Part shown: positions 9,498 to 18,823 of the stretch, one piece after another
Numbering within the stretch: the stretch's first letter is position 1
Layout: every line of letters starts with the position of its first letter
Source of the DNA: Candidatus Eiseniibacteriota bacterium
Lineage (GTDB): Bacteria > Joyebacterota > Joyebacteria > Joyebacterales > Joyebacteraceae
Direction of reading: 5' to 3'
Length of the DNA stretch: 64,000 nucleotides
NCBI GenBank assembly: GCA_030622115.1
Contig: JAUXGN010000007.1
Location: forward strand, 4,547-68,546
The notes under the pieces: generated by a model
Seen by the model: only the letters and a program-made list of their open reading frames with translations
What the model was told of the DNA's origin: nothing
The model's database searches: none
Translations under genes and position numbers: made by a program

Positions 9498-10292
9498 TCA
9501 GGCGTCCGTTCGGGTAGCCGATCGCCTGGAGAGGTAGAACATGAGTCCGGCCGACACCAGGATGACCACAAAACCGAAGAGCTGGTTCCGGGTGAGCGAG
9601 AGGATTCCATTCTGCGTCAGCATCGAGATCGACGGATAGTATCTCAGGGGGTCCACGAACAGTCTGTAGGTGGCGAGGAGGATCAGAAGAAGGGTAAGCA
9701 GGAATCCATCGAACGGTTTCTTCCGGTCAGCGATCAGGAGCACGGCCATAACTGCGAACGCGGCCAGGGACTCGTATATCTGTGTTGGATGAATCGCAAT
9801 GCCAGGGAACATGTCGCCAGCGCCTGATCCGGCAGGGAATGTCACAGCCCAGGGAAGACCGCACGCACGCCCGAAGCAGCAGCCATTCAGAAAACACCCC
9901 AATCGTCCGACTCCGATCCCGAGCGCGAGAGCCGGCGCCGCGAGATCAACTCCGAACCACGGATCTACGCCTCTTCGCTTGAAGAAGAGGAACCCGGTGA
10001 CGACTCCGACCGTGACACCACCGTAGAGCGTCAGGCCGCCGTCCCATACCTTGAAGGCGCGGGCGATGTCGGTTGCGTAGGTTCCCCAGTGCGCAACCAC
10101 ATAGGTCAACCTTGCGCCGGCGATGGACGCGAGAATCACAAAGAAGACCATGTCGATGATCATATCCGGGTCGAGTCCCTGGGCCCTGGCACGCCTGCGC
10201 GTCAGAAAGAGCCCAAGCACGAACGCAGCTGCGACCATGAGGCCGTAGCTTCTGAGAGGAAACGAGCCTATGTAGAAGAGAACAGGTTTCAC
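9498..10292 (-). CDS. lgt: prolipoprotein diacylglyceryl transferase
   Basis: Lgt signature YGGVTVGV...GRLGCFLNGCCFG and multiple TM segments. GTG start. Confidence 0.9.
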   Translation of the reverse strand: MKPVLFYIGSFPLRSYGLMVAAAFVLGLFLTRRRARAQGLDPDMIIDMVFFVILASIAGARLTYVVAHWGTYATDIARAFKVWDGGLTLYGGVTVGVVTGFLFFKRRGVDPWFGVDLAAPALALGIGVGRLGCFLNGCCFGRACGLPWAVTFPAGSGAGDMFPGIAIHPTQIYESLAAFAVMAVLLIADRKKPFDGFLLTLLLILLATYRLFVDPLRYYPSISMLTQNGILSLTRNQLFGFVVILVSAGLMFYLSRRSATRTDA

Positions 10293-11522
10293 CTAGTACT
10301 CCGTTCGCCTCAGACTCATGCCGAGCACTATGCCGACCGACGCCATCGTTACAAGCAGGGATGATCCTCCGTAACTCAGGAGCGGTAGGGTCATGCCCGT
10401 GACCGGTGAGAGCCCCAGTGTGACACCGACATTGATCGCCATCTGGATGAAAAGAGCGCTTGAGACACCTACTATCACAAGTCCTGCGAAGCGATTTCTC
10501 ACGAGTCCCGCCAGCCTGAGCATCCGGACGATGATGTATAGATACAGTCCGATGACCACGAGGCACCCAAGGAAACCGAACTCCTCCGCCAGAACCGAGA
10601 ATATGAAATCGGTGTGCTGTTCCGGCAGAAAGGCGTAGTTCTTCTGCGTGCCGTGCAGGAATCCTTTCCCGAAAGCGGAACCGGAGCCGATCGCGATCTT
10701 CGATTGAATCAGCTGATATCCAGTACTGAAACGGTACTTCTCCGGATTCAGGAAAGCAAGCACTCTGTGCCGCTGGTAATCCTTGAGGTGATTCCAGAGG
10801 AAGGGGCTCATGCGTCCCATGCCGACCGTCATCACGAAGATGAGCAGCTTGTCGGAGATGAACATCCTCGAGGTGTACAGAAACCATCCCACAAGCGCGA
10901 TGAAGATGGACCAGGCGATCCAGTTGAATGCGATGACCATGCTGAGGACTGGAGCCGCCAGGAGCAGCAGGTAGATCGGTCTTACGCCTGCCCAGAAGAG
11001 CATCGGGACGATGATAAGAGCGAAGATGATCGATGTGCCGAGGTCGGGTTCTCTCAAGACCAGCGCAGTAGGCACAAGCACAATGATCAGGGGCAGAAGA
11101 AGATGCATCGGGCGACTGAGTCTTGTCTTCCGGGACGCCAGATAGCGTGCCAGGACCAGGATCACTGCGTACTTGGCCGGTTCCGACGGTTGCAGGCGTA
11201 TGAGACCCAGTTCAAGCCATCGTCTTTCTCCCATTTTGCCCACGCCGATGATGAGCACGGCTGCAAGAAGAAGAAGGGCGACCCCGTAGAAGAATGGAGC
11301 CAGTCCTTCCAGTGTGTCCTGAGAGATCAGGATCGCCAGTCCCATTACGAAGAGCCCGGCGATGGCCCACACGATCTGTCTCTTGACCAGAGCAGACAGA
11401 GCTCCCGGGCCCTCATAGGTCGCGCTGTGTATCATCAGGATGCCGATCACGGTGATCACGAGTGTGACAATGAGGATGCCGTAGTCGAAATCCCTGAGCT
11501 GCCTGCGGTTCAGAAACTGCAA
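10293..11522 (-). CDS. rodA: FtsW/RodA/SpoVE family peptidoglycan glycosyltransferase; RodA by context
   Basis: About 10 TM helices, a conserved C-terminal SEDS region, and a position immediately downstream of PBP2. TTG start with GAGGAG RBS. Confidence 0.8.
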   Translation of the reverse strand: MQFLNRRQLRDFDYGILIVTLVITVIGILMIHSATYEGPGALSALVKRQIVWAIAGLFVMGLAILISQDTLEGLAPFFYGVALLLLAAVLIIGVGKMGERRWLELGLIRLQPSEPAKYAVILVLARYLASRKTRLSRPMHLLLPLIIVLVPTALVLREPDLGTSIIFALIIVPMLFWAGVRPIYLLLLAAPVLSMVIAFNWIAWSIFIALVGWFLYTSRMFISDKLLIFVMTVGMGRMSPFLWNHLKDYQRHRVLAFLNPEKYRFSTGYQLIQSKIAIGSGSAFGKGFLHGTQKNYAFLPEQHTDFIFSVLAEEFGFLGCLVVIGLYLYIIVRMLRLAGLVRNRFAGLVIVGVSSALFIQMAINVGVTLGLSPVTGMTLPLLSYGGSSLLVTMASVGIVLGMSLRRTEY

Positions 11523-11526
11523 TCCG

Positions 11527-13365
11527 CTACTCCTCGTGGATTGGATGAACGTCCGTATCGGTGATCGGGATAATCTGCTTCGGGCTCTCCTCTGGTTCAG
11601 GGTCGTTCAGCCTCAGATAGCCCTTCAGAACCTCACGGGCGATCGGCGCCGCAATGGCTCCACCGCCTCCCCCGTGTTCAACGAGGACGGCCACCACGAT
11701 TTCGGGATCATTGGCCGGCGCATAGCAGACAAACCAGGCGTGGTCCTCGCCGTGCGGGTTCTGCGCCGTTCCGGTCTTCCCGCCAACTTGGATTCCAGGC
11801 ACGCGAGCCAACTTCCCCGTTCCATTCGGCGCCTCCACAACGTTGACCATGGCTTGCTGCAGGAAGGACAGCGTGGAGTGGCTGAAGGGAAGCTCGTACG
11901 AGACTGATTCCTTCACGGTCCCGATCACGCGCCCGGAGTAGGTCTCAATCCGCTTGAGGACGTGGGGAGCGTAGACGGGGCCGTCGTTGACAATCCCACA
12001 GACCAGGCACGCCATCTGCAATGGTGTTACCAGAAGTTCCCCCTGACCTATGGCCAGATTCAGAACCACTCCCCTGCTCCATTTTCTCTTGCCGTATGTG
12101 CGATCGAACCAGGCCGGCGTCGGGAGATTCCCGCGTGCTTCACCCGCGATATCGATACCGGTCCTGTGTCCGATCCCCGACCTGCCGGACCAGTCCATGA
12201 GTTCGGCCACGCCAAGGCGCACGCCGAGCTGGTAGAAGAAGACGTCACACGACTCGACGACGCCCTTCATGATGTTGACAACACCGTGTCCCTCACGCTT
12301 CCAGCAGCGAAATGTCCGGATCCCGTACTTGAATGCGCCGACGCAGGTCACGGTCTCGCTCCTGCCGATGGTTCGGCTCTCGAGTCCGGCTGCAGCCGTG
12401 ATGAGTTTGAACGGGCTGCCGGGTGGGTACGTCGCCTGGATCGCTCGATTCAAGAGAGGGTGAAAGGGGGACTCGGAGAGCGTGGCCCACTCTTCATTCG
12501 ATATTCCATCAACGAAATCGTTAGGATCCGGAGCGGGCAGGGATGCAAGCACGAGTATTTCTCCGCTCCGGGGAGCAATGGCTACGATCGCCCCGGCATC
12601 GTGTCGTGACAGCGCTTCCTCAGCGGCGATCTGCGCCGGAGCATCCAGGCTGAGCACCAGGTTGCGTCCGGGTCTCGCTTCGCGTGAAGGACCGTCCTCA
12701 AAGGGATACAGCTCGCGTCCGAGGGCGTCGCAAACCCAGTACTCGGCTCCATCACGACCTCGGAGCATGACTTCATAGCGGTCCTCGACTCCCGTTTTGC
12801 CGACCACGTTCCCTGAACGGTAGCCGAGCGATGCCATGCCGGTGAGTTCGTCATCGGATATCTCGGCCACATAGCCGATGCTGTGGGTGGCAAGAGATCC
12901 CATCGGATAGCGGCGAACCGCCGTCACCTCGACCTTCACTCCCGGAAGTTCTGAGCGGCGTTCCTCGACCCGCGAGACCTGCTCAAGGTCGGCATCATTG
13001 ATGAGGACGACATTGCCGTAGAAGCGCCCCGCGGCTTCCTCGAGTTTCTGAGCAACGAAGTCGGTGTCCAGATCGAGCAGCTCGCTCAGTCTGTATGTGA
13101 GAGCTGCGTCGTTTCGCCGCTTCATCCGTGTGATAGTTATGGATAGAGAGGTCCGATTGTCCGCCAGGATCTCGCCGTTGCGGTCGAGCATGAGACCCCG
13201 GGGCGCGGGCATGAGGAAACCCTGGACGTAGTTGTTCTCCGATAGATCGCGATAGAACTGGCCTCGAGCGAGCTGTAGCCAGCCGAGTCTCGATACCATG
13301 ATAAGGCAGACGGTCACAGCTACGAGACTGAGGATTCGAGAGCGCTGTTTGGAAACCCCGTGCAT
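11527..13365 (-). CDS. mrdA: penicillin-binding protein 2 (elongasome transpeptidase)
   Basis: N-terminal TM, PBP dimerisation domain, transpeptidase motifs SxxK (SPFK), SxN and KTGT. The ATG at 13365 (MHGVSKQRS...) avoids an 87-nt overlap with mreD. Confidence 0.85.
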   Translation of the reverse strand: MHGVSKQRSRILSLVAVTVCLIMVSRLGWLQLARGQFYRDLSENNYVQGFLMPAPRGLMLDRNGEILADNRTSLSITITRMKRRNDAALTYRLSELLDLDTDFVAQKLEEAAGRFYGNVVLINDADLEQVSRVEERRSELPGVKVEVTAVRRYPMGSLATHSIGYVAEISDDELTGMASLGYRSGNVVGKTGVEDRYEVMLRGRDGAEYWVCDALGRELYPFEDGPSREARPGRNLVLSLDAPAQIAAEEALSRHDAGAIVAIAPRSGEILVLASLPAPDPNDFVDGISNEEWATLSESPFHPLLNRAIQATYPPGSPFKLITAAAGLESRTIGRSETVTCVGAFKYGIRTFRCWKREGHGVVNIMKGVVESCDVFFYQLGVRLGVAELMDWSGRSGIGHRTGIDIAGEARGNLPTPAWFDRTYGKRKWSRGVVLNLAIGQGELLVTPLQMACLVCGIVNDGPVYAPHVLKRIETYSGRVIGTVKESVSYELPFSHSTLSFLQQAMVNVVEAPNGTGKLARVPGIQVGGKTGTAQNPHGEDHAWFVCYAPANDPEIVVAVLVEHGGGGGAIAAPIAREVLKGYLRLNDPEPEESPKQIIPITDTDVHPIHEE

Positions 13366-13375
13366 GTCGGGGGCG

Positions 13376-13873
13376 TTACCTGCGAAGCGCACCGGTGATA
13401 GCTCTCCAGTTTGCGAGCCGGGCCATGACGTGGATGAGAAGACCGACGGCAACCGTATAGCCGGCTCCGATGAGACTGTATCGAACGAATACGTGACCGA
13501 AGATGTCGAGACTGTCCCTGTAGTAGGCGGCGTAGAAGATGACGTCGCGCAGCAGGGTCCCGCCGAAGATCACCGAGCACTGCACAAGAATGTTAGACTT
13601 GACGAGCCGGTCGAGCAATGACGCGGATACGAAGGCAGTGATGGAGAGAGCCAGCGCGTTCAGGCCGAAGTACTCTGGGAGTTCCGAGTCCACGGTCAGG
13701 CCCATCAGAAACCCGGCGATGATGGGGATTCTGACACCGGCGCCGAGTCCACCGTAGACAATGGCCAGAATGAGGAAATCCGGCCTTGCTCCAAGGATCT
13801 CGATCTCCGGAGCCAGAGCCGTATCGAGAATCAGAGCGCCTATGCAGACGACCACGAAAGCCCGGATTCTCAC
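13376..13873 (-). CDS. mreD: rod shape-determining protein MreD
   Basis: 165-aa polytopic membrane protein between mreC and mrdA; the hydrophobic profile is typical of MreD. Confidence 0.7.
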   Translation of the reverse strand: MRIRAFVVVCIGALILDTALAPEIEILGARPDFLILAIVYGGLGAGVRIPIIAGFLMGLTVDSELPEYFGLNALALSITAFVSASLLDRLVKSNILVQCSVIFGGTLLRDVIFYAAYYRDSLDIFGHVFVRYSLIGAGYTVAVGLLIHVMARLANWRAITGALRR

Positions 13874-14802
13874 GGAGCGCCCCCTTCTGTCGTGGCAGAA
13901 GGGGCGACTTCTGTTGTAGCAGAAGGGGCGGCCTCTGTGGCAAGCTCGCTCAAGAGCGTTTGCATCATTGCGTCCCGTTCCGGCGACGGAGCAGCCAGGC
14001 CCTTGAGAACGAACACCTGCTCTATCGTCGATAGATCGACTGCGATATCGACATGGACAGTCATCGTAAGAGGGCCTTCATCGACCGAAGAGACATCTCC
14101 TACGACGAGACCCGCCGGATACACTCCTCCAAGACCTGACGTGATGACGCGGTCGTGAACGCGTATATCCGATCTCGCGGGCACGTAGTCCATCTGCCAG
14201 TCGAGAAGCTCGGAGGCCCCTCCATACCTTGGACGGACGACGCCTCTTACCCTGCTGCGCTCGATGGTCACGGCCACAGCAGATGAAGCGCTTGTGAGAG
14301 GCTCGATCAGCGACCTTGCCCTCACAGAACTCGAGATCTTGCCGACCAGACCGTCGGGCACCACTACCGGCATTCCTGCCTGCACTCCACTCGCCGCGCC
14401 CGCGTTGATCTCGATACCCTCGATAATCCTACCGCCCGGCATTCCGATGACAGTGGCTGGGAGCAGATCGAATCGCTCCTCCGCTGCAAAGCCAACCATG
14501 AAGTGCGTCAGCTCGCGCAAACGCTCGTTCTCGTGTCCCTGCGAGACAAGAGCAGCTCTTTCCTCCACGAGTTCCATCGCGAGCCTGCGCAGGCGTTCGT
14601 TCTCCTCACGAAGGCGCGTCAGTCCGTCAGCGGCCGTCGCCAGCCGCTTGAGCGGTCTGAGTACTGGAGTCGACACGATGGTAGAGACAACGACCTTCAC
14701 CCCAGTCGGGAGCGAGAGGGCAATCGCCGAGAGGAGCACGCAGATGACCAGTGTAGCCAGATCCCGGTTCCCGCGAAGGAGCCGGGTCAGCGGGGATAGC
14801 AT
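13870..14802 (-). CDS. mreC: rod shape-determining protein MreC
   Basis: N-terminal TM, coiled-coil segment (RLRELVEERAAL...ENERLREL) and C-terminal beta domains. 4-nt overlap with mreD. Confidence 0.8.
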   Translation of the reverse strand: MLSPLTRLLRGNRDLATLVICVLLSAIALSLPTGVKVVVSTIVSTPVLRPLKRLATAADGLTRLREENERLRRLAMELVEERAALVSQGHENERLRELTHFMVGFAAEERFDLLPATVIGMPGGRIIEGIEINAGAASGVQAGMPVVVPDGLVGKISSSVRARSLIEPLTSASSAVAVTIERSRVRGVVRPRYGGASELLDWQMDYVPARSDIRVHDRVITSGLGGVYPAGLVVGDVSSVDEGPLTMTVHVDIAVDLSTIEQVFVLKGLAAPSPERDAMMQTLLSELATEAAPSATTEVAPSATTEGGAP

Positions 14803-14812
14803 CGGAGTCTTC

Positions 14813-15847
14813 CTACCTCTTCGCTGATGTCATGAGGACCGGTTCGTAGTGCGAGAGATTCTCGAGGATCTTGCCGGTCCCGAGCACCACGCACGTCAGC
14901 GGGTTCTCGACGACATTGATGGGAAGCTTGGTCTCCTCGCGAAGCAGAACGTCCAGCCCCCGAAGGAGCGATCCGCCGCCCGTCATGACAATGCCTCGAT
15001 CAACAAGGTCCGCGGCTAGCTCGGGAGGGGTCTCTTCAAGGGATAGCTTCAGTCCCTCGACTATTGCAGAGATGGGTTCCTGGAGAGCTTCGCGGATCTC
15101 CTCCGATGTGATCTTGAGCGTGCGCGGAACACCACCGACAAGATCTCTCCCCCTGACATTCGCCTCCATCTCCTCGTCGAGCGGATAGGCTGAACCGATA
15201 TCGATCTTGATCTGCTCTGCGGTTTGCTCACCGATCAAGAGATTGTAGCTCCTGCGGAGGTGGTTCATTATCGCCTCATCCATCTCGTCACCGCCGACGC
15301 GAACTGACGTGTGGTTGACGATACCGGAGAGAGCGATCACCGCGATCTCTGTCGTTCCACCGCCAATGTCGACAACCATGTTGCCGGAAGGCTTGTCCAC
15401 CGGAAGCCCCACTCCGATCGCAGCGGCAACTGGTTCAGCAACCAGGAAGACTTCTCTGGCGCCGGCATGCTCGGCTGAATCCTGAACCGCCCGCCGCTCC
15501 ACCTCCGTTATGCCCGAAGGCACGCAGATGACCATCCGAGGACGGACCAGCAGACGCCGTCTCTGAACCGAGAGGATCAACTCCCGCAGAAGGTCCTCAG
15601 TACCCTCGAAGTCGGCGATGACGCCGTCCTTCAGCGGCCTCAAGGCCTTGATGGTGTCCGGAGTCCGTCCCAGCATCTCCTTGGCCCTGGCGCCTACGGC
15701 AATCACCTTACCGGTCGCCGTCTCGATGGCGATCACGGAGGGTTCGTTGAGCACGACCCCTCTGCCCTTCACATAGATCAGAGTGTTCGCTGTGCCAAGA
15801 TCGATTGCCACGTCGTTGACGAGACCGAGGAGTGCGTCCAGAAACAT
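14813..15847 (-). CDS. mreB: rod shape-determining protein MreB (actin homologue)
   Basis: [13 protein letters not shown] and DIGGGTTE actin-fold motifs; 344 aa. Confidence 0.95.
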   Translation of the reverse strand: MFLDALLGLVNDVAIDLGTANTLIYVKGRGVVLNEPSVIAIETATGKVIAVGARAKEMLGRTPDTIKALRPLKDGVIADFEGTEDLLRELILSVQRRRLLVRPRMVICVPSGITEVERRAVQDSAEHAGAREVFLVAEPVAAAIGVGLPVDKPSGNMVVDIGGGTTEIAVIALSGIVNHTSVRVGGDEMDEAIMNHLRRSYNLLIGEQTAEQIKIDIGSAYPLDEEMEANVRGRDLVGGVPRTLKITSEEIREALQEPISAIVEGLKLSLEETPPELAADLVDRGIVMTGGGSLLRGLDVLLREETKLPINVVENPLTCVVLGTGKILENLSHYEPVLMTSAKR

Positions 15848-15889
15848 TGTGTGCTCTTCCGTTTCTCTTTGAGAACGACAAGCGCCATC

Positions 15890-16558
15890 TCAGAGGTGCC
15901 CGAGTTCCTTGAGACTCACGTAGCCCTGACTTCCAAGTATCACGTGGTCCAGAACCTCGATCCCCAGGATTTTACCAGCCTCCGCAAGACGCTCTGTCAC
16001 CATGAGGTCTTCAGGGCTCGGGTCCGGGATTCCGGACGGGTGGTTATGGACCAGAACTATCGCTTGCGCGCTCTCGGCAACAGCCGTCTTGAAAACCTCG
16101 CGCGCGTGCACCACCGACGAATTCAAACTACCGATCGAGATGGTTCTAATTCCGATGATCCTGTTCTTGGTGTTCAGGAGTATCGCCCGAAAATGTTCTC
16201 TGTCGAGTCGGGACATCTCCTCAGTCAGGAGTTCGGCGACATCCTCAGGTCCGCACAGGTGCAGCCTTGGTGCGCGCGACTCATGAACCTGCAATCGTTT
16301 GCCTATCTCCCGCGCGGCGCGCAGCCGAGCGGCTACACGTGTTCCCACCCCGATCACTGTTGCCAGCTTCCACGGCTGCTCAGACAGGACTTCGGCAAGC
16401 GAACCGAATCTCTCAAGGAGCGCTGTGGACACTTCACCGGCTGAGAAAGGACCGGTGCCGCCCGAAACAAGCATGCGGAGTAGCTCCGCGTCAGTCGGTT
16501 CGACCGGTGGAAGCTCTCCACGCACCAGGTTCCCACATGCACCCACCGCCACCTCCAC
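15890..16558 (-). CDS. radC: RadC/JAB-domain protein (UPF0758)
   Basis: JAMM motif HNHPSG...D and N-terminal HhH region. The conserved radC-mreBCD arrangement supports the call. Confidence 0.8.
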   Translation of the reverse strand: MEVAVGACGNLVRGELPPVEPTDAELLRMLVSGGTGPFSAGEVSTALLERFGSLAEVLSEQPWKLATVIGVGTRVAARLRAAREIGKRLQVHESRAPRLHLCGPEDVAELLTEEMSRLDREHFRAILLNTKNRIIGIRTISIGSLNSSVVHAREVFKTAVAESAQAIVLVHNHPSGIPDPSPEDLMVTERLAEAGKILGIEVLDHVILGSQGYVSLKELGHL

Positions 16559-16665
16559 CCAAACTCCCGGTTACGCTAGCACGGCGCAGCGTCTGTCTTC
16601 AAGCGGATTCTCGATGCGCTCTGCCTGCGTGTCGATTCTCCCGGAGGCTGCTCCTCGGACGTCCA

Positions 16666-17988
16666 TCAGGCAATGAGGTCGCCTGTGAGATCGAACCCGC
16701 TGCCGCCGGTGACTGTGATATCCACGAAATCTCCAGGCTTCGGCGGAGCGGCTCCCGGATGGAGCGGGATCTGCACTACCCCATCCATCTCCCATGCCTG
16801 CCCGGAAGTTCTCGCCGTGACGGTCTCGGCCACGGAGTCCACGAGTACGCGCATGTGAACACCGGTGAGACTCCCGGCACGCTCGAGGGCCAACTCCTTC
16901 ATCGCAGATACGATGACACGTGCACGCGCCGAACTCGTCTCGGGTGGCACCTGATCGTCAAGAGTTGCGGCTCTGGTGCCCGACTCCGGTGAGTACTCGA
17001 AGATCCCCAAGTGGTCGATCGTGCCTTCGCAAATGAACGACCGGAGTTCTTCGAAGTCCTTCTCAGTCTCTCCGGGGAATCCGACTATCACTGAACTTCG
17101 TATTGTCACCCCCGGAATCACTGATCGGATCCGCTCGATCAGTCTCAGGATCTCACCTCCGCTTGTTCTGCGTCGCATGCGCTCAAGAACCGCGTCAGAG
17201 ATGTGCTGAACGGGCAGATCGATGTAAGGAACGATTGCCGGGATCGAACCCATCACGTCTATGAGTTCCTCGGTGACGCGCGCCGGGTGTGTGTAGAGAA
17301 GCCTGACCCAGGGCAGCCTCGTTTCTCCGAGTGCAACAAGGAGTTTCGCCAGCATTCCTTTCGATGCAATGTCCGTGCCGTACGCTGTCGTGTCCTGTGC
17401 TATCAGATTCACCTCGACAACGCCGGAAGCCTCAAGTTCCTCAGCTTCGGTGATTATTGAGTCGAAAGCTCGGCTGCGCAACGAACCTCTGAGGGTCGGG
17501 ATAGTGCAGTAGCTGCATATATTGTCGCAGCCCTCGGCGATTTTCACATAGGCGATGTGCGACGGTGTTCCCAGAATCCGCGGGGAGGTGTGATCGTAGA
17601 TGGCGACGGGAGGACCCAGGAGCAACACGCGTTCGCCGGCCCAGACTCGCTCCACGGCGTCGACTATGGATTCGAAGTGCGAGCACCCGACAACACCGTC
17701 TACACCAGACAGAGAATCGAAAAGCTGGTCGCCATAGCGTTGGGAGAGGCATCCTGCAACTACGACACGCGCAAGTCGTCCAGCAGCCTTCAATTCCAGA
17801 CAGCGCCTGACGACATCCGACGATTCCTGAACAGCCGCGGCTATAAAGGAGCACGTGTTAACCACGGCGACATCAGCTCCATCAGGCTCACTCACAAGCC
17901 TGTGCCCGGCTCTGTCCAGAAGACCGAGCATGACTTCCGCGTCGACCAGGTTCTTCGGACACCCGAGGGTTATGAATGCGATGTTCAA
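16666..17988 (-). CDS. rimO: ribosomal protein S12 methylthiotransferase RimO (MiaB-family radical SAM)
   Basis: N-terminal MTTase domain ITLGCPKN, radical SAM CDNICSYC, C-terminal TRAM domain; 440 aa. TTG start. Confidence 0.75.
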   Translation of the reverse strand: MNIAFITLGCPKNLVDAEVMLGLLDRAGHRLVSEPDGADVAVVNTCSFIAAAVQESSDVVRRCLELKAAGRLARVVVAGCLSQRYGDQLFDSLSGVDGVVGCSHFESIVDAVERVWAGERVLLLGPPVAIYDHTSPRILGTPSHIAYVKIAEGCDNICSYCTIPTLRGSLRSRAFDSIITEAEELEASGVVEVNLIAQDTTAYGTDIASKGMLAKLLVALGETRLPWVRLLYTHPARVTEELIDVMGSIPAIVPYIDLPVQHISDAVLERMRRRTSGGEILRLIERIRSVIPGVTIRSSVIVGFPGETEKDFEELRSFICEGTIDHLGIFEYSPESGTRAATLDDQVPPETSSARARVIVSAMKELALERAGSLTGVHMRVLVDSVAETVTARTSGQAWEMDGVVQIPLHPGAAPPKPGDFVDITVTGGSGFDLTGDLIA

Positions 17989-18061
17989 GACTGATTCACG
18001 GGAATATGATCCTCGTTGCTCTCGCCCGTGCGCCGCTGGACGCCACGCTACGGAGAGGGGC

Positions 18062-18823
18062 TCAGCGAAGCTGATCGATATCGTACGGTGAGCGTGTCAG
18101 AAGCTGGGTGTCCTCTGGGCGAACGAGCACGAACTCGTCAGCTGCCACGGGCGCTTCGAAGATCGTTGATTTCAGGATGTATGAAGACCGATCACCGGCG
18201 GTCGAGTAGGCCGTGAGTCCGACGACGATCCAGGCGGTCGTGTCGATGTTGACGTCGATTCTGGTCGGTTCGGCGAATCTCTCTCTCGGACGGAGTGCGA
18301 TCGTTACCACGTCTCGCTCTCCGCTCTTCTTGACAATAGGTATGCGCGGATCTGGTTCGTAGGCTCTCAGGATCGCCGCAGGATCAAGCACGACTCCAGT
18401 GGGACCGATGCGTGATACGAAGAACTGCCCTGTGGCCGGCACGTAGACGCGGAGGCTCTCTCCATTCGAGACGATCCTGCCTCCGTCGTCGTACGAGACA
18501 GACAGAGATGACGGTTTCACAAGAACGAGTCTTGCCGACGAGAGCGAGACCGTGTCGGCCAGGGCCCAGTAGCTCTCCTGAGCGAATTCTATCGTGTAGC
18601 TATCGGCTGCTGCGTATCTCTCCAGAACCTGTTCCACTATTGCTCGTATCACTGCAGATTCTGCGGACTCGTTCTGCTCGCGAGAGACCTGAGCCTCATC
18701 CGCCAGGGCCGGAAGGGCAGACAGGGCCGTGGCGGCCGCTGTAGTGACGGCGAGAAGGAGAGCAGCGCACAGGACTGGGCGCCGGAGCACAGAATAGCCA
18801 ATCGGCGAGGCGCTAGAGCTCAT
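18062..18823 (-). CDS. periplasmic LolA-like lipoprotein-carrier-fold protein (putative)
   Basis: ATG at 18823 gives MSSSASPIGYSVLRRPVLCAALLLAVTTAAATALSALPALA (signal peptide), then ~210 aa of beta-rich sequence. Its position directly downstream of ftsK mirrors E. coli ftsK-lolA. The upstream K/R-rich part of the track ORF is the +1 frame of the FtsK acidic tail. Confidence 0.45.
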   Translation of the reverse strand: MSSSASPIGYSVLRRPVLCAALLLAVTTAAATALSALPALADEAQVSREQNESAESAVIRAIVEQVLERYAAADSYTIEFAQESYWALADTVSLSSARLVLVKPSSLSVSYDDGGRIVSNGESLRVYVPATGQFFVSRIGPTGVVLDPAAILRAYEPDPRIPIVKKSGERDVVTIALRPRERFAEPTRIDVNIDTTAWIVVGLTAYSTAGDRSSYILKSTIFEAPVAADEFVLVRPEDTQLLTRSPYDIDQLR